In this document: in pieces, positions 19,794-29,112 of the stretch
Position numbering within the stretch: position 1 is the stretch's first letter
How the letters are laid out: every line of letters starts with the position of its first letter
Source: Candidatus Kaiserbacteria bacterium
GTDB taxonomy: Bacteria > Patescibacteriota > Minisyncoccia > Phycocordibacterales > Phycocordibacteraceae
NCBI GenBank assembly: GCA_963813065.1
Contig: CAWEXP010000007.1
Coordinates: 1 to 54,883 of the forward strand
DNA: 54,883 bases
Direction: 5' to 3'
Position numbers and translations under genes: made by a program
The notes under the pieces: generated by a model
The model's input: the letters and a program-made list of their open reading frames with translations, nothing else
Databases searched by the model: none
Told to the model about the DNA's origin: nothing

Positions 19794-19944
19794 GCACTTT
19801 CTCCTTACTTAGAATCGAGCGGCGGGCCGCTAGATTCGGCGCTATTCCACCATTGGAACAGCTTTCCATACAAAAGTCTACATTGCTCTCGAATATCTGT
19901 CAATTTTGTGCGACCCGCATAAGGAGCATGGTAAAGTGCATCGC

Positions 19945-20388
19945 ATGGCACTCGTAGAGGGATTATGGGAAATTAAACCGATCGCTCCTGAATGTTTTGA
20001 CGATTTCTTCTCAATTCTTGCCGAGAGCAATGAAGAGCCCCTCACGGATGCTAGCAAAGATCAGTTGCGAGCTGATTTTACGGAAGGTCGCTACCTAGGT
20101 TGGCTACTGTATTCGACAGATGCACTCGCGGGAATGGCGATTGTTATGAGTTCCTACTCCGTCGCGCACGTCCGGTCTGTCCTCTATCTTGATGAGCTAT
20201 TTATTCGCGAACCTTTTCGTGGCAAAGGTTTCGGCAAAAGCCTGTTTGAATACGTCGTGGCCTATGCCAAAGAGGAAAAATATATGCGTCTTGAATGGCG
20301 CACAAAGAAAGATAACGTGGTTGCCCAGAGCCTCTATGCGCACTACACCACCGACACAAACTGGATTTGGTACGGAATGGCGCTTTGA
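19945..20388 (+). CDS. GNAT family N-acetyltransferase
   Basis: LYLDELFI..PFRGKGFGK acetyl-CoA motif, N..AQSLY. Confidence 0.9.
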   Translation: MALVEGLWEIKPIAPECFDDFFSILAESNEEPLTDASKDQLRADFTEGRYLGWLLYSTDALAGMAIVMSSYSVAHVRSVLYLDELFIREPFRGKGFGKSLFEYVVAYAKEEKYMRLEWRTKKDNVVAQSLYAHYTTDTNWIWYGMAL

Positions 20389-20993
20389 TGATGATAAAAC
20401 TCATAATTGACTACGGCGCCGAGCGAGAAGTCCGTCGTGTCGAACGGCTCGTCCCGCGCATCCCATGGTTCAAAGAAAACGGCTATGCAATAACACTACC
20501 TGAAGGAATAGCTGAAGATAGTACGGAAACCGACATTAATACGGCGATAAAAAACGAATATTCAGAAGCATCTTATCTTGCCTACGCACACTCAGTGCAA
20601 GAACCATGGGAAAAGTTTTTGCCGCGTCTAACTGAAATCCGGAGTACCCTCCCTTTTGCCTTACGCGATGCGTACACGCTCGTACTCACGAGATACGGCA
20701 CTGGCGGTAGTTATGATGCCATCTCGGGCACTATCGTTATCAATATTGTCACACGATCCCAAGAACGCGCGCTCGGCACCCTTATTCATGAAGCCATTCA
20801 TATTGCAGTTCAGCCGCTCATCGAAAAATATAAAGTCTCGCATTGGCGAAAAGAACGCCTAGTTGATCTTATCGGCGAGAGATATTTCGCGAATCTACGA
20901 AAAATGCAGAATCTTAAAGAAGATGTTTCAGTGGTGGATGTAGCTTTCGCCAACTTTTACCCCGATATTGAGAAGATTTGTAGCGTGGTATAG
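20388..20993 (+). CDS. hypothetical protein with HExxH (putative zincin)
   Basis: YGTGGSY...IHEAIH...KERLVD. Confidence 0.7.
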   Translation: MMIKLIIDYGAEREVRRVERLVPRIPWFKENGYAITLPEGIAEDSTETDINTAIKNEYSEASYLAYAHSVQEPWEKFLPRLTEIRSTLPFALRDAYTLVLTRYGTGGSYDAISGTIVINIVTRSQERALGTLIHEAIHIAVQPLIEKYKVSHWRKERLVDLIGERYFANLRKMQNLKEDVSVVDVAFANFYPDIEKICSVV

Positions 20994-21001
20994 TTTCCCC
21001 T

Positions 21002-22327
21002 ATGACCCCCATTAGAAAGCTCGAGGACTCGCGTTCAAACGGGGCGAGCCTCGCAGAAGAACTGAAGGCGCGCGGGCTGGTAGAGGTGAGCTCGAAGCCC
21101 ATTGAGGAGATACTGGGCACGCCGCGGACGGTGTACCTCGGCGTTGACCCGACCGCGGATTCTATCCAGGCGGGGAATCTCGCGGTCGTGCTCCTGATGA
21201 AGCGCCTCGCCGACGCCCGCCCGAACGACGGTTCAGTCGGGCGGGCAGGGCACAAGCTGATTTTCCTCGTCGGTGGCGGCACCGGCATGATTGGCGACCC
21301 CAAGGAGCGCGGCGAGCGCGCCATGCTTGATGCCAAGGTCGTCGCGAGCAATACGCGCGCCATCACGAAGCAGTTGAAAGGTATTCTCGGCCGCACACCT
21401 TTCAAGATGGTCGACAACGCCGACTGGCTCCTCGCGGAAAAATTGGTGCCCTTCCTGCGCGACGTGGGGAAATATTTCACCGTCAACGATTTGATAAAGC
21501 GCGAACTCATCGCCAAGCGCCTCGCGACGCCCGACGAGAGCATTTCGTACACCGAGTTCACCTACGCGCTTCTGCAAGGCTTCGATTATTTCACTCTGCA
21601 TAAAAAATATGCGTGTGATTTGCAAATTGGCGGCTCCGACCAGTGGACCAACATCCTCTCGGGCGTTGACCTGATCCACAAGCGCACGGGTGACCTCGTG
21701 TACGCGTTCGCGATGCCGCTCGTCACGGATACCGCAGGGAAAAAATTTGGCAAATCAGAGGGCAATGCCGTCTGGCTCGATCCCAAGAAAACCTCGCCGC
21801 TCGCGTTCTATCAGTTCTGGATGAACTTGCCGGATGAGGGCATCGAGAAATATTTGAAGGTCTACACCTTCCTGCCGCTGGTCGAGATTGAAGCGCTGAT
21901 GGAGCTCCACAAGCAGGCGCCGCAGAAACGCCAAGCGCAGGAGACCCTCGCGCGGCTCGTGACCGAGATTGTTCACGGCCCCGCGACGACCGCGCAGGTG
22001 ATCGCCGCAACCGATGCGCTCTATGGCGGCCGTTCGTTTTCGACCCTTTCGAAACTTGAGCTTGATGTCGTTCGTGCCGAAGCACCTTCCATGCAAATAT
22101 CGAGGTTAAACCTCGATACCGGATACTCGCTGGCAGAAGCTCTTGTCGCGGGTGGTCTCGCTACCTCCAAGAGTGACGCACGTCGCCTCATCGAAGGGAA
22201 GGGCATCACGCTCTCCGGCCTGCCGGTCGAAAATCCGGATTTGAAATTATTTGCGCACGACCTGCCCGGCGGCATCGCACTGGTGCGCAAAGGCAAGCAG
22301 GGCGTGCTCGTGCTCATCGCTCGCTAG
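21002..22327 (+). CDS. tyrS: tyrosine--tRNA ligase
   Basis: YLGVDPTADS, QIGGSDQW, KFGKS, C-terminal S4 domain. Confidence 0.97.
   Translation: MTPIRKLEDSRSNGASLAEELKARGLVEVSSKPIEEILGTPRTVYLGVDPTADSIQAGNLAVVLLMKRLADARPNDGSVGRAGHKLIFLVGGGTGMIGDPKERGERAMLDAKVVASNTRAITKQLKGILGRTPFKMVDNADWLLAEKLVPFLRDVGKYFTVNDLIKRELIAKRLATPDESISYTEFTYALLQGFDYFTLHKKYACDLQIGGSDQWTNILSGVDLIHKRTGDLVYAFAMPLVTDTAGKKFGKSEGNAVWLDPKKTSPLAFYQFWMNLPDEGIEKYLKVYTFLPLVEIEALMELHKQAPQKRQAQETLARLVTEIVHGPATTAQVIAATDALYGGRSFSTLSKLELDVVRAEAPSMQISRLNLDTGYSLAEALVAGGLATSKSDARRLIEGKGITLSGLPVENPDLKLFAHDLPGGIALVRKGKQGVLVLIAR
21215..21249 (+). repeat. family C palindromic insertion in tyrS
   Basis: GCCCGCCCGA-12 nt-TCGGGCGGGC-AGG; adds RPNDGSVGRA inside LADAGHK. 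Confidence 0.85.
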
Positions 22328-23404
22328 CGGAAAATAATTCGATAGACGAAGAAACTCTCGAAGGCGATAAGCGCCGAGGCGATAACTTGCGCCAGGATGT
22401 ACCAGAGGCCAAAGAATTGGACGAGCGCGTAGAGAATCGCCGTATTGAGTGCGAGATTGAAGATGTTTATCAAAAGGAAGAAGAATCCCTGGCGCGTGGG
22501 CGAACCGCCGGTGCCGCCAAAGGCCCAGAGTTTCTGTAGGGTGAAGTTATAGGCGACCGCGATGATGAACGCCACGATTTCCGACGCGAGGTACCAGAGG
22601 CCGAGGCCAGCGGTCAGCGCATAGAGCACGACGAGATTCACCAGCATGGCGGTGGTGCCTACGACGATGAAGCGGAATATCCGCGCGTGCGACTCGACGA
22701 AGAGCGTTACGATGCGCCAGACACAGCGGACGCCGTGCCGCCAATTTAACTTTTTCCCTTCGCTCGCGCTCCGCGCGTGGTAGTGAATCGGCACCTCGAC
22801 AATGCCGTGACGAGCCACGACGCGCGAGAGTTCGATGACGTCGAAGACGAAATCGGAACCCGGTTGCGCAAGGAGCTCGGGCACGAGCGAACGCGGGAAA
22901 ATTTTATAACAGGTCGAGAGATCGGTGAGGTGCGTCCCGAAGGCGATGTTGAAAAGCTGGTTCACCGCCCAACCACCCCAGTAATAGAAAAGGGCCGGGC
23001 ACATTGTTGTGAATCATCTGGCGAGAACCGAAGACGATGGATGCGCCTTCTTGTGGTGAGCCTGTCGAACCAGATTCGATTCGCGCCAAGAGGGCAGGCG
23101 TGTCGGCGGGATCATATTCGAGATCCGCATCTTGGATCATCAGGTAGTCGCCGCTCGCTCGGGCGAAGCCATCCTTGAGCGCCGCGCCCTTGCCGCCATT
23201 TTTTGCTCGGGTGAAAAGAATAATGCTCGGATATTGACGCGCTACTTCGCGCAGAGATTGTTTGGTTTCCTCGTTGCTCCCATCATCAACAATAATCACC
23301 TCGCGTTCCCAACCCGAAGGCAGAGGAACTTTTTGGACACGGCTCACAAGCTCGCCGATACTGTGCGGCTCGTTGTAGCAGGGGATGACAATGGAGAGCT
23401 TCAT
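22324..23404 (-). CDS. GT2 polyprenol-phosphate glycosyltransferase fused to GtrA-like domain (frameshift near 22990)
   Basis: LSIVIPCYNE, IVDDGS, NGGKGAA, QDADLEYDP; second frame has TDLSTCYK, EGKKL and a 4-TM GtrA-like tail. Confidence 0.85.
23050..23072 (-). repeat. family D hairpin element in the GT2 gene
   Basis: Minus strand TGGT-TCGAC-AG-GCTC-ACCA-CAAG; translates as GSTGSPQ. Confidence 0.65.
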
Positions 23405-24451
23405 ACTTCTGCACCGTGCAGAGCGAGCACGAGCCACGCGAGATTAGTCAGTATCACAAGGATCAGCGTACCCGCTCGCGCCCAGGGCGGCAAGTGATTG
23501 AGTCCCCAGACCGCGAGCAGGAGCGGGACCGGCGCCATCACGTAGAAGAGTCGGCTCGAGACTCAACCCCCAGCCGAAGACGATGAGCGAGGACGGGAGC
23601 GCGAACGCGAGAAAGCGCCGCTGTGCCGCCGGGAGCTCGGGCAAATGCCAGATCCCGACCGGCACCAGGAACCACGCGAGGCCGAGCAGAGCGATGGTGC
23701 TCTTGATGAGATTCTGCAGGGTGAACTGCGTGGTGAAGCCACGAACCGCGCCCACGGTGTACCAGGTGAGATAGGTGTAGTGATAGGCAAAATAGACCCA
23801 CACTTGTACGGCAAGCGTTGGCACGAGCGTGATCAGCGCAAGCAACGCAAGATTTTTTATGCGCGCTCGCCACGGCACGTTTTCAAAAAGTAAAACAAAA
23901 CCGAAAATAATCCCCGCGACGACACTGTATTCCTTCCACAAGAGACCGATTGCAATGACTGCACCGTTGAGAACCAAATGTTTGCGCAATGGCCAGCGAA
24001 TATAGAGAAGGGTGAACACGAGCGAAAGCAAGTAGAAAAATTGCGCACCAGTCTCGGTGTAGAGATCGAGACCATAGCGCAGGAGCGGATACGAGAGTGC
24101 GCCGAGAAGCGCGGCAACGAGCGCGCGCCAGTAATCCTCGAAAAAAGAATAAGCGAGCCAGTAGAGCACGAGCACGAAGGCGAAATAGAAAATCAGGACT
24201 TCGAGCAGGAACGCGGTGGGAAAGCCGAGGTAGGGTGCCGCGAGCGCGACACCGAGCGGCGCGAGCGGCTTCAAAATCCGCTGTGGATAGATTGGTGCGG
24301 GGAGGCCCGAGAAGATTTTTGCCGTCGAAATGTAATCCACATAGTCACTATTGGGCGCGGTGCCAAGCACCCCAATCTTAAAGGTGGCCGCGAGCGCGCA
24401 GACAATCAGCAGGAACACCAGCGGCCACGCATGGGCCTTCAGCGTCGTCAT
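23401..24451 (-). CDS. polytopic membrane protein, putative GT-C glycosyltransferase (frameshift near 23560)
   Basis: Many TM helices, D...Y in first loop, LLWKE. The corrected frame ends with TGA overlapping the GT2 ATG. Confidence 0.65.
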
Positions 24452-24549
24452 CGCGCCATCATACCACCCAGTCTCAGTGGCACCCGCAGGTTATTGACAA
24501 ATAGCATAAGAGCGTGTATATAAAATGAGGACAAAAGAAGGAACCTACT

Positions 24550-25014
24550 ATGTCAGAGTCATGGCGCACTGCCGCACAGCGGTATCGCAACCCGACGCCG
24601 CAACCAGCATCACACAAAGCGTCTCCGCAACCTCGTCAACCTCGGACCTCAACGTCAGTCGACGTCCAGGGCCTCATTGAACAGTTGTCACTTTTCCTTG
24701 ACGGCGACGAAGGTGCTACCGCACGCGAACTGCTCGCGGCAAGCAAGTCACATATCAACCTCGGTGAAGATAAGCCGACTATGGGCTACGGGCGAGTCTA
24801 CTTTCTCGACGGCACTGGCCTTCATTGTTCAACCGAAGCGATGGGCATGTTGATCGCATATTCCGGATCATCGAGGCCTACGATACGTGACCTGCCGATT
24901 AAAGACCTCGTCGAGGGTATCGCTGCGTGCGACTACCCCTCAGCTCCTCTCGCCAACATGCTCTCGTGGATCCGCGGGCGACTCGATGGGATTGCCCAAC
25001 ACGCACCCGCATAA
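24550..25014 (+). CDS. hypothetical protein
   Basis: 154-aa ORF with TTGACA promoter near 24494, AAGGA RBS and downstream terminator. Confidence 0.7.
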   Translation: MSESWRTAAQRYRNPTPQPASHKASPQPRQPRTSTSVDVQGLIEQLSLFLDGDEGATARELLAASKSHINLGEDKPTMGYGRVYFLDGTGLHCSTEAMGMLIAYSGSSRPTIRDLPIKDLVEGIAACDYPSAPLANMLSWIRGRLDGIAQHAPA

Positions 25015-25029
25015 TCTTTCTTCACCCTC

Positions 25030-25054
25030 GGGGCAGCACACGCTGCCCCTTTTT
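25030..25054 (+). terminator. intrinsic terminator
   Basis: GGGGCAGC-acac-GCTGCCCC-T5. Confidence 0.8.
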
Positions 25055-25111
25055 CATAAAAAGTATCTGTGCATCGTGGGGGACGAGACTAGAACGGTTT
25101 TGAGTGCATAG

Positions 25112-25143
25112 AAAAAAGCCGTCGGGTTGTACCGGCGGCTTTT
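25112..25143 (-). terminator. intrinsic terminator (bidirectional type)
   Basis: A6-GCCGTCGG-6 nt-CCGGCGGC-T run. Confidence 0.7.
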
Positions 25144-25160
25144 CGAAGCACGTAGCGGGC

Positions 25161-25460
25161 TTACGATCTCTTGCGGCTGGCCGACGATGAACCACCAAGA
25201 GTGATAATTGTCCCGAGCCAATAACCGAAGTTGTACCAGCCACCGTTGTTGTGAACCTCGTAGATCGAAATGTTGCTGTCGAACAACGAGAAAATGAAAG
25301 TGAATGGCATGACGAACCCTTGCCAGAGGCCCATCCAGAATCCTGCCGTACTTCCGTGAACATCTGGCACATGCGCCATCGGATTAGGACCTGCGCACGC
25401 GGTCAATATCAGCGCCGCGCCAATAATGCAAGCGACACTTAGAACGGTGCGAATTTTCAT
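25161..25460 (-). CDS. putative lipoprotein / small membrane protein
   Basis: Lipobox LTAC, GFWMGLWQG...IYEVHNNGGWYNFG; GGAG RBS. Confidence 0.75.
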   Translation of the reverse strand: MKIRTVLSVACIIGAALILTACAGPNPMAHVPDVHGSTAGFWMGLWQGFVMPFTFIFSLFDSNISIYEVHNNGGWYNFGYWLGTIITLGGSSSASRKRS

Positions 25461-25542
25461 CGCTATCTCCATTGAAGGGACACACGGGCGGGACTGCTAC
25501 CCAAAGACCATTGTGCACATGAAAATATTTCTGTCAATTCTG

Positions 25543-25626
25543 TGCGCCGGGAAGGATTCGAACCTTCGTAGGACTATGTCCGACAGGTTTACAGCCTGTT
25601 GCAATTGACCACTCTGCCACCGACGC
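25543..25626 (-). tRNA. tRNA-Tyr (GUA), CCA not encoded
   Basis: GCGTCGG/CCGGCGC acceptor stem with A73, anticodon loop CTGTAAA, long variable arm GGAC-ATA-GTCC, GGTTCGAATCC T arm. Confidence 0.96.
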
Positions 25627-25627
25627 A

Positions 25628-25870
25628 TTACGCACGAAGTAACTTCTTAAAAGCTTCTCCGCCCTTGTAACTTTTTATTTGTTTTTCGCGAGCATACGCC
25701 ATTGACTGCTCGGCGAGTACTTCTTTATATACCACAGACCAAGGTTTATGCCACTTCGTTGCCGCGCTGTAACCCGCATTATGTTCACTCAAACGACGAC
25801 TGAGATTGGAGGTACAGCCGATATAAAAACGATTCGTTTTTTGACTCTGGAGAATGTAAACCGTCCACAT
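25628..25870 (-). CDS. small GIY-YIG nuclease family protein
   Basis: VYILQS...FYIGCT..L.RRL.EHN...RE.QIK. Confidence 0.92.
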   Translation of the reverse strand: MWTVYILQSQKTNRFYIGCTSNLSRRLSEHNAGYSAATKWHKPWSVVYKEVLAEQSMAYAREKQIKSYKGGEAFKKLLRA

Positions 25871-25873
25871 ACC

Positions 25874-25934
25874 TTACAGCCTGTTGCAATTGACTTCACC
25901 CCGCCAACGGCGGGGCAAGCTCTGCCACCGACGC
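25874..25934 (-). pseudogene. duplicated 5' half of tRNA-Tyr with a 25-nt palindromic insert in the D loop
   Basis: Blocks of 15 nt and 21 nt identical to the tRNA 5' half, separated by TTCACCCCGCCAACGGCGGGGCAAG (plus strand, 25895-25919). Confidence 0.9.
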
Positions 25935-25982
25935 GATGGGGAAGAGTATACCAGTTTCTCCCATTTCTGCTATAGTTTTCCC

Positions 25983-26936
25983 ATGGCGAAGCCCATCATG
26001 CTCTCGGGGATTAAGCCCTCCGGCACGATCCATATCGGCAACTATTTCGGCGCGATGCGCCAGTTGGTCGAGCTCAGCAAGAGCGGGAAGTACCAGCCCT
26101 ATATTTTCGTCGCGGATTATCACGCGCTCAACACCACCCAAGACGCCGACGCGATGCGCGCTCAGACCCGCGAGCTCGTGATGGCCTATCTCGCCGTCGG
26201 CCTCGACCCGAAAGAGGTCGTCCTCTTCAAGCAGTCAGAGGTATCGGCGCACACCGAACTCGCGTGGATATTCGACGCCATCACCACGATGCCGTATCTC
26301 ATGCGCGCACACGCCTACAAGGATGCCGAAGCGAAGAATAAAGAAATCACCGTCGGCACCTTCAACTATCCGATGCTGATGGCGGCCGACATTTTACTCT
26401 ACGACACCGCACTCGTGCCCGTCGGCGCGGACCAGAAGCAACACGTCGAGTATGCGCGCGACACCGCGGAGAAGTTTAACCGCATTTTCAAACAAGAAGT
26501 GTTCAGCTTGCCCGAGCCGTACATCCTGCCCGATGTCGCCGTCGTCCCCGGCACCGACGGACAGAAGATGAGCAAGAGTTACGGCAACATCATCCCGCTC
26601 TTCGCTAGTCACGATGAGCTCGCCAAGTGCGTGATGAGCATTGTGACTGATTCGAGCGGCGGCCGACCGGAAAATGTCTATCAAATCCACAAGCTCGTTC
26701 GCGGTGCAGAAGAGCTCGACTCGATATATGAGGAACACAAAGGCAGTTACAAAATTTTGAAAGAATTACTGATTGCGGACCTCGACCGCTACTTCGGCCC
26801 GATGCGTGCCAAGTATGAGGAATTGAAAAATAATCCCGACATCGTCGAGCAGGTTCTGCTGGAGGGGAAGCACGCGGCCCGTGCCGCGAGCGAAGCAAAG
26901 ATGGAGCAGGTGCGCAAAGCTATCGGGGTCGCATAA
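25983..26936 (+). CDS. trpS: tryptophan--tRNA ligase
   Basis: SGIKPSG..HIGN, YPMLMAADILLY, VPVGADQKQH, KMSKS. Confidence 0.97.
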   Translation: MAKPIMLSGIKPSGTIHIGNYFGAMRQLVELSKSGKYQPYIFVADYHALNTTQDADAMRAQTRELVMAYLAVGLDPKEVVLFKQSEVSAHTELAWIFDAITTMPYLMRAHAYKDAEAKNKEITVGTFNYPMLMAADILLYDTALVPVGADQKQHVEYARDTAEKFNRIFKQEVFSLPEPYILPDVAVVPGTDGQKMSKSYGNIIPLFASHDELAKCVMSIVTDSSGGRPENVYQIHKLVRGAEELDSIYEEHKGSYKILKELLIADLDRYFGPMRAKYEELKNNPDIVEQVLLEGKHAARAASEAKMEQVRKAIGVA

Positions 26937-26946
26937 TTTTTATACT

Positions 26947-28332
26947 ATGGAACGCACACTCATTGGGGAATTGGGGAAACACGTCGGCGAGACAGTGCGC
27001 ATCAGCGGCTGGGTGGATGTGCGGCGCGACCAGGGGAAGATGGTGTTCTTCGACTTCCGCGACCGCTCGGGGATTGTGCAGGGCGTGACTCTGCCGAATT
27101 CGCCCGCGCTCGAGACCGCGAAAACGCTCCGCAAGGAATTCGTTGTGAAAGTGTCGGGCACAGTCAATAAGCGCCCGGAGAAGAATGCGCAGACAGAGAA
27201 GCAGAACGGCGATATCGAGCTCGAGATTAAGGGCATCGAAATTCTCGCCGAGGCCGAATCACTACCCTTTGACCTCTCGGTCGACGGATTCAATCTCGAC
27301 CTGACGACTCAGCTCGACCATCGCGCGCTCGTCTTGCGCCACCCGCGCTTGCGCGCCATTTTCAAAATCCAGAACGTCATCATCGACTCCTTCCGCGAGT
27401 TTATGAAGAGCCAAGGCTTCTTCGAATTCCAGGCGCCGACCATCACTCCCGCCGTCGCTGAGGGCGGTGCTGAAGTGTTCCGCGTTGATTACTTCGGCCA
27501 ACCGGCGTATCTCTCCCAGTCGCCCCAGCTCTACAAGCAGATTGTGATGACCGCCTTTGAGCGCGTGTTCTCGGTCAACAAAATTTTCCGCGCCGAGCCC
27601 TCTGCGACGACGCGCCACTTGACCGAGGTGGTCTCGCTCGATGCCGAATTCGGCTTCATCGAGTCGTGGAAGGATGTGCGCGACATATCCGAAGAGACCG
27701 TGCGCTACATTTTGAAAAAAATTGAGGAGACCTGCTCTGCCGAGCTCGCCTTCCTCGGTGCTGAGGTGCCGGTGATGATTGAGAAGACGCCGACGCTCTC
27801 CTTGGCCGAGGTGCAGGAGCGCATTTTCCAGGCGACCGGTCGCGATGTGCGTGGCGAGAAGGATACGAATCCCGAGGACGAGCGGACCATCTGCGAAATT
27901 ATTAAAAAAGAAACCGGTTCCGATTTCGTCTATGTCTATGGCTATCCGACGCGTCAGAAGCCTTTTTACGTCTACCCGAATCCCGAGGATCCCGAGTTCA
28001 ACGAAGGCATGGACCTCCTCTGCCGCGGCGTCGAATGGCTCTCAGGTGGCCGTCGCATCAACAATTACGCTCAGCTCTTGGAGCATGTCGAGAAGTGGGG
28101 CATGGACCCGAATAAAATTTCAATGTTCCTCGAGGCGTTCAAATATGGCGCGCCACCGGAAGGCGGCTTCGCCTTCGGCGCCGAGCGCATGACCATGCAG
28201 ATTCTCGGACTGAAGAACGTGCGCGAAGCCAGCATGTTCCCGCGTGATCTCAATCGTATCGACGAACTCTTGTCGCTCTCTACCGATGGCTCGACTCCAC
28301 TCACCATACATGGACCCGCTGACCAAAAGTAA
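26947..28332 (+). CDS. aspS: aspartate--tRNA(Asp/Asn) ligase, archaeal-type short form
   Basis: OB-fold N-terminus, YLSQSPQLYKQ, FRAEPS.T.RHLTE, YGAPPEGGFAFGAERM; no GAD insertion. Confidence 0.88.
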   Translation: MERTLIGELGKHVGETVRISGWVDVRRDQGKMVFFDFRDRSGIVQGVTLPNSPALETAKTLRKEFVVKVSGTVNKRPEKNAQTEKQNGDIELEIKGIEILAEAESLPFDLSVDGFNLDLTTQLDHRALVLRHPRLRAIFKIQNVIIDSFREFMKSQGFFEFQAPTITPAVAEGGAEVFRVDYFGQPAYLSQSPQLYKQIVMTAFERVFSVNKIFRAEPSATTRHLTEVVSLDAEFGFIESWKDVRDISEETVRYILKKIEETCSAELAFLGAEVPVMIEKTPTLSLAEVQERIFQATGRDVRGEKDTNPEDERTICEIIKKETGSDFVYVYGYPTRQKPFYVYPNPEDPEFNEGMDLLCRGVEWLSGGRRINNYAQLLEHVEKWGMDPNKISMFLEAFKYGAPPEGGFAFGAERMTMQILGLKNVREASMFPRDLNRIDELLSLSTDGSTPLTIHGPADQK

Positions 28333-29050
28333 TTTCGAAATAAAGACCGATGCGTACCAGGGGCCGCTGGAGCTCGTGCTCGACTTGATCGAAGCGCGCA
28401 AACTCCTCGTCAACGATCTCTCGCTCGCGCAGATTACCGACGACTTCATCGCGCATGTTCGCGCACAAGAGACGTTCCCGATGGAAGAAACCGCCGCGTT
28501 CGTGCAAATCGCGGCGATGTTGCTTCTCGTCAAATCGAAGTCGCTCATTCCCGATCTTGAACTCTCGGACGAGGAGAAGGAAGATGTCGACGACCTGAAG
28601 CGACGCCTCGAAGCATACGAGAAGGTGCGCGAAGCGGCACGCGAGCTTGGCAAGATTTTTGGCAAGCGGATGATGTTGCCAGCGGGGGAGCGGAAGGTGG
28701 AACCGTTCTTTGCGCCTGCGCGTGACTTCTCGACCTCTGCGCTCGCCGAAGCGCTCGCGCACGTGCTCGCGGCGCGTGAGGCGGTTGAAGAATTGCCCGA
28801 GGCGCGCGTGAAGCCCCTGGTCACCATCGAAGAAATGATGGCGCGACTCGCGCGGCGTGTCGAGAACGCGCTCTCGCTCTCGTTTAAAGATTTCACTGGC
28901 TCGGCCAAGGAGAAGGTCGAAATTGTCGTTTCCTTTTTGGCATTGCTTGAATTAATAAAACAGGGCGCGGTTGCCGCCGAGCAAGCCTCGCCCTACGGCG
29001 ACATCCAGATTAGCCAGACTGCGCCTTCGGTCGTGCCGCACTACGGCTGA
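28310..29050 (+). CDS. scpA: segregation and condensation protein A
   Basis: YQGPLELVLDLI, KSKSLIP, VSFLALLEL. Confidence 0.93.
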   Translation: MDPLTKSNFEIKTDAYQGPLELVLDLIEARKLLVNDLSLAQITDDFIAHVRAQETFPMEETAAFVQIAAMLLLVKSKSLIPDLELSDEEKEDVDDLKRRLEAYEKVREAARELGKIFGKRMMLPAGERKVEPFFAPARDFSTSALAEALAHVLAAREAVEELPEARVKPLVTIEEMMARLARRVENALSLSFKDFTGSAKEKVEIVVSFLALLELIKQGAVAAEQASPYGDIQISQTAPSVVPHYG

Positions 29051-29112
29051 TTGACAATTACCCTTAGTAAGGTTAGTGTCATTCCAGACTTCCAACCAAA
29101 GGAACGGAAGAA

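Noticed and set aside
25628-25873. GIY-YIG gene as a homing endonuclease inside a group I intron in tRNA-Tyr
   Set aside because: The ORF fills the whole interval, leaving no room for a ribozyme core, and the downstream tRNA is already complete.
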